Shown here: one piece after another, positions 8,107 to 15,479 of the stretch
How positions within the stretch are numbered: position 1 is the stretch's first letter
Layout of the letters: the number at the start of each line of letters is the position of its first letter
Virus record (IMG/VR): IMGVR_UViG_3300017785_002243
Span: 1-29,340 of that record
Strand: one strand, 5' to 3'
DNA length: 29,340 nt
DNA from: a virus
Lineage: Duplodnaviria > Caudoviricetes
The notes under the pieces: generated by a model
Seen by the model: only the letters and a program-made list of their open reading frames with translations
What the model was told of the DNA's origin: nothing
Databases searched by the model: none
Made by a program: the position numbers and the translations under genes

Positions 8107-8766
8107 GTGTCTGTCAAATGGTCATACAGCAGTCTTTCCCTGTTCCAACAATGCCCGAAGAAGTACTACCACCTGCGGGTGGAGAAGAGCATCAAGGAGC
8201 CGCAGTCCGAGCAGATGCGGTATGGCCTCGACCTGCACAAAGCTGCGGAAGAATACATCCGTGACGGCTTCGCACTGCCCGAGGGGTTTGCGTTTATGCG
8301 GGAGACGCTGGACCAGCTGAAGGCGCTACCCGGCGAGAAGTATTGTGAGTACAAGCTGGGTCTGACCCGCGACTTGGAGCCGTGCGAGTTCTTCGATGAC
8401 AACGTGTGGTGGCGTGGCATTGCCGACCTGCTGGTCATCAACGGTGACGAGGCGCGGGTGCTGGACTACAAGACCGGCAAAGACAAGTACGCAGACACAA
8501 AGCAGTTGGAGATTCTTGCGCTGGCTGTGTTCAAGAAGTTCCCGCAGGTGCAGCGGGTGAAGGCCGGGTTGTTGTTCGTGATCCATACGAACTTCATCAA
8601 GACCGCGTACGAACGCACCAAAGAGATGGAGTTGTGGAACAAGTGGCTACCAGAGACCAACAAGCTGGAGACCGCGTATGAAAAAAGTGTGTGGAATGCC
8701 AAACAGAACTTCACCTGTAAAAGTTGGTGTCCTGTTATGAGCTGCCCGCACAATGGGAAACGATAG
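8107..8766 (+). CDS. Cas4/RecB-like PD-(D/E)XK exonuclease with Fe-S-type cysteines
   Basis: WSYSSL..F.QCP, G..LH, E, GIADL, LDYKTG, QL..LA and C-terminal C..WCP...C; GTG at 8107 after GAGGGG (the track starts it at 8080). Confidence 0.85.
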   Translation: MSVKWSYSSLSLFQQCPKKYYHLRVEKSIKEPQSEQMRYGLDLHKAAEEYIRDGFALPEGFAFMRETLDQLKALPGEKYCEYKLGLTRDLEPCEFFDDNVWWRGIADLLVINGDEARVLDYKTGKDKYADTKQLEILALAVFKKFPQVQRVKAGLLFVIHTNFIKTAYERTKEMELWNKWLPETNKLETAYEKSVWNAKQNFTCKSWCPVMSCPHNGKR

Positions 8767-8774
8767 GAGAAAAC

Positions 8775-8978
8775 ATGAATCAAGAGGACAGAGAGATGGC
8801 GAACGCCGCGCTGGCACTGGACGAAACGATCAACGAGCGTGTTATTCAGGCGTTGACGGTGAACTCGTTTGCGGTTGAATCGATAGTGATGGACATCATC
8901 AGGAACCGCTGCCAATACGACTCAACCTTTCAGAGCATCATCGCCAAAATCATCAAGGACCGTATCCGAGAGCTATAG
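8775..8978 (+). CDS. hypothetical protein
   Basis: AGGAG RBS and ATG at 8775. Confidence 0.65.
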   Translation: MNQEDREMANAALALDETINERVIQALTVNSFAVESIVMDIIRNRCQYDSTFQSIIAKIIKDRIREL

Positions 8979-8987
8979 GAGATTACC

Positions 8988-9263
8988 ATGCCCTACAAAA
9001 ACAAACCCCGCCCGTACGGGAAAGAGTACGCGCAGTATCAAGGCAAGCCCGAGCAGATCAAGAACCGCGCCAAGCGTAACGCCGCCCGCGCTGAGATGGT
9101 GAAGAAGGGTCGTGTTCGCAAGGGCGATGGTAAAGATGTAGACCATGCGGTGCCGCTGTCCAAGGGGGGTGCCAACGTCAAGGGCAACCTTCGGGTAAAG
9201 TCCGCCAGCGACAACCGCAGCTTCAAACGCAATAGCGACCGGAGCGTCAAGAAGAACACGTAG
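8988..9263 (+). CDS. HNH endonuclease
   Basis: DVDHAVPLSKGGAN...NLRV....N is an HNH (H-N-N) core with a basic N-terminus; AGGAG RBS. Confidence 0.85.
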   Translation: MPYKNKPRPYGKEYAQYQGKPEQIKNRAKRNAARAEMVKKGRVRKGDGKDVDHAVPLSKGGANVKGNLRVKSASDNRSFKRNSDRSVKKNT

Positions 9264-9276
9264 TGTGTGCGGCCCA

Positions 9277-9418
9277 GCTGGAGGTGGCTTAAAACACCAG
9301 CAACTACAGGTTGTATTCTAGTTGGACACCTCCACAACTGATGTGGTTGACACCTCGGAAAGACGGGGACAGAATATGCAGCACAACAACGAGCAGCGTG
9401 CAAACAAGCACTTTGCTC
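9277..9418 (+). ncRNA. candidate multi-hairpin structured RNA between HNH and helicase genes
   Basis: At least five stems plus an 8-bp long-range pairing, TGGAGGTG 9279-9286/CACCTCCA 9327-9334; see findings. Confidence 0.5.
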
Positions 9419-9439
9419 CGCAACGCTTTTGGAGAGGCG

Positions 9440-10990
9440 ATGGAAATAGTAGAAAACAAAGCACTCAAGCTGCGGGTGCGCGACCCCAAGAGGATCACCA
9501 ACGTCATCCCGAAGAGCGCATTGATCGGGGACAACGAAGTGCTGGTGAAGTGGGGGCTGGAGGAAGCTCAGGTGCTGCGCAATCTGGGCATCAAGAACGT
9601 GCCGTCACCCATCAACAAGGACTACCAATGGCCCGGGCTGTATAAGCCGTTCGACCACCAACGCGTAACCGCAGCGTTCATGACCATGCACCGCCGTGCG
9701 TTCTGTTTCAACGAGCAGGGCACCGGCAAGACCGCCAGCGTGATTTGGGCGGCGGACTACCTCATCAAGCTGGGCTACGTGCGCAGGGTGTTGGTGCTGT
9801 GCCCGCTGTCGATCATGCAGTCGGCGTGGCAGGCGGACTTGTTCCAGTGCGCGATGCACCGTACGGTGGTGGTAGCCCATCATCGGAACGCCAGACGCCG
9901 CAGGGAGTTGATACAGCAGGACGCTGAGTTTGTGATCATGAACTACGATGGGCTGGAGATCGTAGCGGATACCGTGATCGAGGATGGTGGGTTCGACCTG
10001 ATCGTCGTGGATGAAGCCAATGCGCTGAAGAACCCCGGCACCGACCGATGGAAGGCGTTTGCCAAAGTACTGCGCCCCGATAGCTGGGTGTGGCTGCTGA
10101 CCGGTACCCCTGCGGCACAGTCGCCTGAAGATGCGTATGGGCTGGCCAAGATCGTGAATCCCGGCGGTGTGCCCAAGTTCCGTGGTGCGTTCAAGGACAT
10201 GGTGATGAACAAGATCACGCAGTTCCGGTGGGTGCCCAAGCCCAACGCTACTGAGACCGTCCACCGCGTACTGCAGCCAGCCATCCGGTTCACCAAGGAG
10301 GAGTGCCTTGACCTGCCGGAGATGACGTATGTGACACGGGACGTGCCGATGTCCAAGCAGCAGGAGAAGTACTACCAGCAGATGCGCACCGAGATGTTGA
10401 TGGTTGCAGCGGGTGAAGAGATCAGTGCGGTTAATGCTGCGGCAAAGTTGACCAAACTACTACAGATTAGTTGCGGTGCAGTATATGCAGACAGTAAAGA
10501 GATTGTGGACTTTGACTGCAAAGACCGGATGAAAGTGCTTAAGGAAGTCATTGACGAGTCAAGCCACAAAGTCCTAGTATTTGCACCATACCGCCACAGC
10601 ATCTACGCGATTGCAGAAGAACTTAAAAAGTCAGGCTACGCGGTTGGTGTAATCGACGGTGGTGTGTCTCCGGGGAAGCGAACCGAGCTATTCAATAAGT
10701 TTCAAAACACGCCTGAACCGCGTGTGCTGGTGATTCAACCGCAGGCTGCATCGCATGGTGTGACTCTTCACGCAGCGAACACCGTTGTGTATTGGTCGCC
10801 CGTCATGTCAGTCGAAACGTATTTGCAAGCGAACGCAAGGGTCCACAGGTCAGGACAAAAGAACAAGACGACCGTCGTTCATTTGCAAGGTAGTTCCGTG
10901 GAGCGAAAGCTCTACAAGATGTTGCAGGGGAAGGTGGATATCCACGAGAAGCTAGTTGGACTTTACAAAGAGGAAATGCAAGATGAGTGA
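9440..10990 (+). CDS. SNF2-family (SF2) helicase
   Basis: Walker A QGTGKT, DEAN box, LTGTP, HGVTLHAA and QANARVHRSGQ; ATG at 9440 after GGAGAGG. Confidence 0.9.
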   Translation: MEIVENKALKLRVRDPKRITNVIPKSALIGDNEVLVKWGLEEAQVLRNLGIKNVPSPINKDYQWPGLYKPFDHQRVTAAFMTMHRRAFCFNEQGTGKTASVIWAADYLIKLGYVRRVLVLCPLSIMQSAWQADLFQCAMHRTVVVAHHRNARRRRELIQQDAEFVIMNYDGLEIVADTVIEDGGFDLIVVDEANALKNPGTDRWKAFAKVLRPDSWVWLLTGTPAAQSPEDAYGLAKIVNPGGVPKFRGAFKDMVMNKITQFRWVPKPNATETVHRVLQPAIRFTKEECLDLPEMTYVTRDVPMSKQQEKYYQQMRTEMLMVAAGEEISAVNAAAKLTKLLQISCGAVYADSKEIVDFDCKDRMKVLKEVIDESSHKVLVFAPYRHSIYAIAEELKKSGYAVGVIDGGVSPGKRTELFNKFQNTPEPRVLVIQPQAASHGVTLHAANTVVYWSPVMSVETYLQANARVHRSGQKNKTTVVHLQGSSVERKLYKMLQGKVDIHEKLVGLYKEEMQDE

Positions 10991-11384
10991 AGAACTTGGA
11001 GCGGATAAGCTCGTCAAGGTGTTTATCAAAATCCGTGACGCACGGGAAGCGCTTGCCCGTAAGTATGAAGAAGATGATGGCAACCTCAAGGAGCAGCAGG
11101 AAGTAATCAAGCAGGAGCTGTTGGATCGCTGCAAGTCTGTTGGAGCTGACAGCCTGAAGACCACGTTTGGAACTGTCACGCGCACGGTCAAGACGCGTTT
11201 TTGGTCTAACGACTGGAGTTCGATGCACGAGTTCTGCAAGGAGCACGACACACTTGATCTGATGGAACGCCGCATCAGTCAGGGCAACATGAAGACGTTT
11301 CTGAAGGACAACCCGGATATCAAAATCCCCGGGCTTAATTCGGACAGCTTCTACGATGTAACCGTTCGGCGCAGCAGTAAATAA
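10983..11384 (+). CDS. conserved phage replication-module protein (coiled-coil N-terminus)
   Basis: ATG at 10983 after GAGGA; FIKIRD...S.KT..GT...DW......PG pattern; lies between the helicase and SSB-like genes. Confidence 0.7.
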   Translation: MSEELGADKLVKVFIKIRDAREALARKYEEDDGNLKEQQEVIKQELLDRCKSVGADSLKTTFGTVTRTVKTRFWSNDWSSMHEFCKEHDTLDLMERRISQGNMKTFLKDNPDIKIPGLNSDSFYDVTVRRSSK

Positions 11385-11400
11385 CCAAGGAGAAGCAAGC

Positions 11401-12318
11401 ATGGCATCTGAAATGACTTTGTTTAAAGACGGCGTTCAACTCCCGGCGTACCTCAAGAACCGTGAGATGGATGATGTGACCAAGAGCCTGATGGGTGGCG
11501 GATCGCTGGCCAAGCGTATCTCGATCAAGGGCGGTGTGTGGCGGCTGATGTCCGGCGGCAAGGAGATCGCGGTCAACGAAGATCGGGCGATGAACTTCGT
11601 CATCGTCAACGCAGCACCGAAAGTCGGGCGCACGTTCTATCAAGGCACGTATGACCCGGATGCGGAGAAGGCTTCGGCACCGGTCTGTTGGTCGGCCAAC
11701 GGTGATACCCCCGATGCGTCGGTTTCCGAACCGCAGAGCAAGACCTGCGCGAACTGCCCGCAGAACATCAAGGGCTCCGGTCAGGGTGACTCCCGGGCGT
11801 GCCGCTTCAGCCAGCGTGTTGCGGTGGTGCTGGAGAACGATCTGGAGGGTGACGTGTTTCAGCTGTCGCTGCCCGCCGCGTCGATCTTCGGCAACGGCGA
11901 GAACGGCAAGCTGCCGCTGCAGGCGTATGTGAAGTTCCTCGCGGGCTTCAACGTGCCGATCACTGCGGTCGTTACCGAGGCGCGGTTCGATACCAATGCG
12001 GCTACGCCGAAGCTGACGTTCAAAGCCGCTCGTCCGTTGTCCGAGGCCGAGTATGCGCAGTGCCAAGCAGCCGGTCAGACTGCTGCAGCCAAACAGGCCA
12101 TCGCGTTCACGGTGTCGCAGCAGGATGGCGTGAAGCAGATCGAGAAGCGGGACGAGGAGTTCCGCAGCAACGACAAGCCGGTCACGAAGAAAGCCGCCGA
12201 GCCGGAACCCGAGAAGGCCGAAGCCACGGAAGAAGCGCCGACCAAGCGCACGACCAAGGCTCCTGCACCCGAACCGAAAAAGGACGCCAAAGCACTGCTT
12301 GCTGAGTGGGACGACTGA
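11401..12318 (+). CDS. putative single-stranded DNA-binding / recombination protein
   Basis: RISIKGG, C.S..G..P, CANCP..IKGS....RAC core, flexible K/E/A/P linker and acidic-aromatic C-terminus (EWDD); strong RBS; followed by a terminator. Confidence 0.65.
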   Translation: MASEMTLFKDGVQLPAYLKNREMDDVTKSLMGGGSLAKRISIKGGVWRLMSGGKEIAVNEDRAMNFVIVNAAPKVGRTFYQGTYDPDAEKASAPVCWSANGDTPDASVSEPQSKTCANCPQNIKGSGQGDSRACRFSQRVAVVLENDLEGDVFQLSLPAASIFGNGENGKLPLQAYVKFLAGFNVPITAVVTEARFDTNAATPKLTFKAARPLSEAEYAQCQAAGQTAAAKQAIAFTVSQQDGVKQIEKRDEEFRSNDKPVTKKAAEPEPEKAEATEEAPTKRTTKAPAPEPKKDAKALLAEWDD

Positions 12319-12332
12319 AGCTAGGTCGTGTC

Positions 12333-12361
12333 GGGGGTAGGGACGCCTACCCCCATTTTTT
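12333..12361 (+). terminator. Rho-independent terminator
   Basis: GGGGGTAGG-GACG-CCTACCCCC (perfect 9-bp stem) followed by ATTTTTT. Confidence 0.85.
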
Positions 12362-12379
12362 CTTTCGGACGGATCACCC

Positions 12380-15220
12380 ATGCAAACACGAAGTGAATTC
12401 CTGCAGGCTGTTCTACCTGCAGAGGGGGTCTATGTAGCGGTTGCCATCGACGGGAAGCGGGTGTCACAGACGTTTCACGATACGGTAACCGATCTCGAGG
12501 CGCGGTGCGACACACTGATTAGCGAGGGGCAAAACACATTTTTTGCGGTAGCGACGTTCAATACCGTCGGCACGCGCACTACGGACAACATGAAGCTGAT
12601 CCGGTCCCTGTTCGTGGACTTGGATTGCGGCGAAGACGAGGAAGGCAGGAAGTACGCCACACAGGCTGAAGCGGTTGCTGCACTGCGGGAGTTCGTCAAG
12701 GACATGCGGCTACCCACACCGTGGGTCATCAACTCAGGCCGGGGCATCCACGCCTACTGGCCGTTCACCGAGGCAGTCAACCGGTTGCAGTGGAAGCCGG
12801 TGGCCGAGAAACTGAAGCAGCTGTGCGCCATCAAGGGGTTCAAAGCTGACCCTGCTGTCACGGCTGACGCCGTGCGGGTGCTGCGGGTGCCGGGGTCATT
12901 CAACGTCAAGGACAAAGACAATCCCCTGCCGGTGGAGATTCTGAAGGCTGGGGTAGCCACCCATTTCGATGATTTACGGCAGCTGCTGGGGGTGTCAGAG
13001 TTCGATGCGTCAGCCGCCAAGCGCCCGATGGATGAAGTCACCAAGAACCTGCTGGCGAACCGTCCGTCCCACTTCAAGGACATTCTGCAGAAGAGCGTGG
13101 CGGGGGAAGGCTGCAACCAGATCATGCACGCGGTGGGCAACCAAGCCACCATCCCGGAGCCGTTGTGGCGGGCCACGCTGTCTGTAGCGCAGCACTGCGC
13201 CGATCGGGACAAGGCCATCCATGTTGCGTCAAAACAACACCCGGGCTACGACCCGGGCGAGACCGAGCGCAAAGCCAGCGCGACCAAGGGGCCCTACACC
13301 TGCGCGTCGTTCCAGAAGATCGATCCCACATTGTGCGAAGGCTGTCCGCATCTTGGTAAGATCAGCTCCCCGATCACGCTGGGTATGGGGCGGGTGCTGG
13401 AGGCTACGCAGGAGGATCGCACGGTCGAGGTGGTGCTGCCGGAGTCCGAGGAGCCGGTGGTCTATGAGATACCTGCATACCCCTTCCCGTTCTTCAGGGG
13501 CAAGAATGGCGGCGTTTACGTCAGGGAGCAGGTGGAGGACAAGAAGACCGGGGCCACGCACGAAGAAGACACCCTGATCTACCCGCATGACTTCTATCTG
13601 GTGGCGCAGATTTCTGACCCACATGACGGCGCAACGGGGCTGTTTCGGGTTCACTTCCCGCAGGACGGGGTCAGGGAGTTCTGCGTGCCGCTGTCGGACA
13701 TGCTGGCGAAGGATCGATTCCGCGACTCTATCGCAACGGTGGGCATGTGCCCGCAAGGTCAACAACTGGACAAGCTTATGGCGTATTCAAACTACTGGGT
13801 AAACACGTATCAGAAGTCGAGTCAGTCCAAGCTGGGTCGCGTGCAGTTCGGCTGGGCGGACAACAACCAATGCTTCATTGTCGGAGACCGGGAGATTCGC
13901 GCCGACGAGGTCAGATACAGCCCACCCACCATCACCACGGTGCCGATCGCATCGTCATATCAAAAGTCGGGGACTCTCGAGGAGTGGCAGAAGATCGCCA
14001 ATTTCTACAACCAACCCGGCATGGAGCTGCAGCTGTTCACCCTGCTGGCGGGGTTCGCCTCACCCCTGATGCCCTTCACCAAGACCCAAGGTGGTGTCAT
14101 CAGCCTACACTCTGACAAGGGCGGCACCGGTAAAACGACCCTGCTGTGGATGATCAACAGCATCTTCGGCCACCCCAAGGACACCTGCCTGATCCTGCGG
14201 GACACGGTCAACGCTCGGCTGCACCGGGTGGGTGTGCTGAACAACATATCTGCGACCACGGACGAGATCACCAACGACATGCCGGAGAACCTGTCCGCCT
14301 TCGTCTACGACTCCCTGCAGGGCCGTGCCAAGAACCGGATGAAGTCATCGTCCAACGTGGAGCGCGTCAACAAGACCACATGGAACAGCATCAGCGTAGT
14401 GACCGGCAACGCGGTCATCAGCGACAAGCTGCGGCTGATCAAGGGCGAGCCAGATGGCGAGCTGCGCAGGCTTCTGGAGTTTGAGGTGTCTCTGGCTACG
14501 AAGATCAGCAAGGCTGAGTCGGACTCCATATTCATGCCCCTGTTCGACAACTATGGCACCGCTGGCGAGGTATATATCCAGCACCTGCTCTCCAAGACCG
14601 ACACGATCCACGACACATTCCGCAAGGTGCAGTTGAAGCTGGATACGGCGGCGGGGCTTCAGCAGCGGGAGCAGTACCAGTCGGCCACCTGTGCCGCCAT
14701 CCTCACGGCGGGTGTCTACGTCATGGAGTGCGGCGTTATGAACCTGACTTCCGCCGACATGAAACGTCTCTACCAGTGGGTAGTCAATTATCTGGTTGAG
14801 ATGCTGGCGAAGACCGCCAACGACACGGTGCCGCTGGATGAGGTGCTGGGCATGTTCTTGTCGAGCCATGTCAACGATATGCTGGTGATCAAGGGCAACC
14901 CCACGCTCGGCACCATGCTGGACGCACCCATACGGGAACCACGAGGCAGGCTGCTGATCCGCTACGAGCCGGACACCCAAGAGCTGTGCGTGAGCGCGGC
15001 CAAGTTCCGGGAGTTCTGTGCCCGCAGGCAGGTGTCGTACGATGCAGTCATGGCGTATTTCAAGCGGGAGGGCAAGTTCCGGGAGATCACTCGAAAGCGG
15101 CTGGGCAAAGGCACCCACATATCAGCCAACGAGCGGGTGGTTGTGTTTACCAACATTGATCAGGACGTTATAGGCGATGCAGACAAACGTGCAGGTGTTG
15201 GGGCTACCGGTAGTAATTGA
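12380..15220 (+). CDS. primase-helicase (AEP/RepB-like primase + PriCT-like + DUF927 + P-loop domain)
   Basis: AEP motifs FVDLDC, NSGRGIHAYW and RVLRVPG; EPLW and Cys cluster TC...C..CPH; GW (DUF927); P-loop GGTGKTT; DE.T. Confidence 0.85.
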   Translation: MQTRSEFLQAVLPAEGVYVAVAIDGKRVSQTFHDTVTDLEARCDTLISEGQNTFFAVATFNTVGTRTTDNMKLIRSLFVDLDCGEDEEGRKYATQAEAVAALREFVKDMRLPTPWVINSGRGIHAYWPFTEAVNRLQWKPVAEKLKQLCAIKGFKADPAVTADAVRVLRVPGSFNVKDKDNPLPVEILKAGVATHFDDLRQLLGVSEFDASAAKRPMDEVTKNLLANRPSHFKDILQKSVAGEGCNQIMHAVGNQATIPEPLWRATLSVAQHCADRDKAIHVASKQHPGYDPGETERKASATKGPYTCASFQKIDPTLCEGCPHLGKISSPITLGMGRVLEATQEDRTVEVVLPESEEPVVYEIPAYPFPFFRGKNGGVYVREQVEDKKTGATHEEDTLIYPHDFYLVAQISDPHDGATGLFRVHFPQDGVREFCVPLSDMLAKDRFRDSIATVGMCPQGQQLDKLMAYSNYWVNTYQKSSQSKLGRVQFGWADNNQCFIVGDREIRADEVRYSPPTITTVPIASSYQKSGTLEEWQKIANFYNQPGMELQLFTLLAGFASPLMPFTKTQGGVISLHSDKGGTGKTTLLWMINSIFGHPKDTCLILRDTVNARLHRVGVLNNISATTDEITNDMPENLSAFVYDSLQGRAKNRMKSSSNVERVNKTTWNSISVVTGNAVISDKLRLIKGEPDGELRRLLEFEVSLATKISKAESDSIFMPLFDNYGTAGEVYIQHLLSKTDTIHDTFRKVQLKLDTAAGLQQREQYQSATCAAILTAGVYVMECGVMNLTSADMKRLYQWVVNYLVEMLAKTANDTVPLDEVLGMFLSSHVNDMLVIKGNPTLGTMLDAPIREPRGRLLIRYEPDTQELCVSAAKFREFCARRQVSYDAVMAYFKREGKFREITRKRLGKGTHISANERVVVFTNIDQDVIGDADKRAGVGATGSN

Positions 15221-15392
15221 CTGGGCCAAGCTGCAGATCGGGGCGTCGTTCTTTGTCCCGATACCGCTCGCCATGACCCAGCATCCGCGTAAACAACTTC
15301 AGGCAGTTGCTGCCCAGCATGGGTATGACGTGCTGGTCGAGGAGGTCGTGGAGAAGGGGCTAACTGGATTGCGGGTTTGGCGTATTCGGTGA
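15177..15392 (+). CDS. hypothetical small protein (possible DNA-binding)
   Basis: IDW..L.IGASFFVP...GLRVWR motif, common after the primase in related phages. Confidence 0.65.
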   Translation: MQTNVQVLGLPVVIDWAKLQIGASFFVPIPLAMTQHPRKQLQAVAAQHGYDVLVEEVVEKGLTGLRVWRIR

Positions 15393-15405
15393 CCCGTGCT
15401 AGTAT
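15377..15405 (+). promoter_or_regulatory. putative sigma70 promoter with extended -10
   Basis: TTGGCG (15377-15382), 17-nt spacer, TAGTAT (15400-15405) preceded by TGc; predicted start near 15412. Confidence 0.5.
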
Positions 15406-15411
15406 CCGTCT

Positions 15412-15479
15412 GACGCTAGTTCCTCGCTAGTCGTCGCTTCTCCTCCCCTTCACCCCCGGCGCAATGCTGGGGGTTTTTT
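15412..15479 (+). ncRNA. candidate small RNA with anti-Shine-Dalgarno motifs
   Basis: 5' hairpin 15412-15435 (loop UCCUC), single-stranded GCUUCUCCUCCCCUUC and a terminator hairpin with U tract; contains no ORF. Confidence 0.45.
15452..15479 (+). terminator. Rho-independent terminator at convergence of early and late arms
   Basis: ACCCCCGGC-GCAAT-GCTGGGGGT followed by TTTTT; the U tract is on the + strand only. Confidence 0.85.

Noticed and set aside
9338-9363. Hammerhead ribozyme core (CTGATG...GAAA)
   Set aside because: The sequence is CUGAUGU rather than CUGANGA, and the flanking stems do not form the three-way junction.
8107-9420. CRISPR-Cas system suggested by Cas4-like nuclease, HNH and short repeats
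   Set aside because: No repeat-spacer array or other cas genes were seen; solo Cas4-like nucleases are routine in phage replication modules, and the GACACCTC repeat has only two 8-nt copies.
9311-9439. 43-aa N-terminal extension of the helicase from TTG 9311
   Set aside because: No RBS at 9311, whereas ATG 9440 has GGAGAGG; the extension spans the structured region and does not look like protein.
11335-12381. 348-aa antisense ORF, and similar long shadow ORFs (e.g. 14345-15118, 19873-20589, 20132-20875, 27671-28339)
   Set aside because: They lie opposite well-supported genes, show no recognisable motifs, and are expected from GC-rich codon bias.
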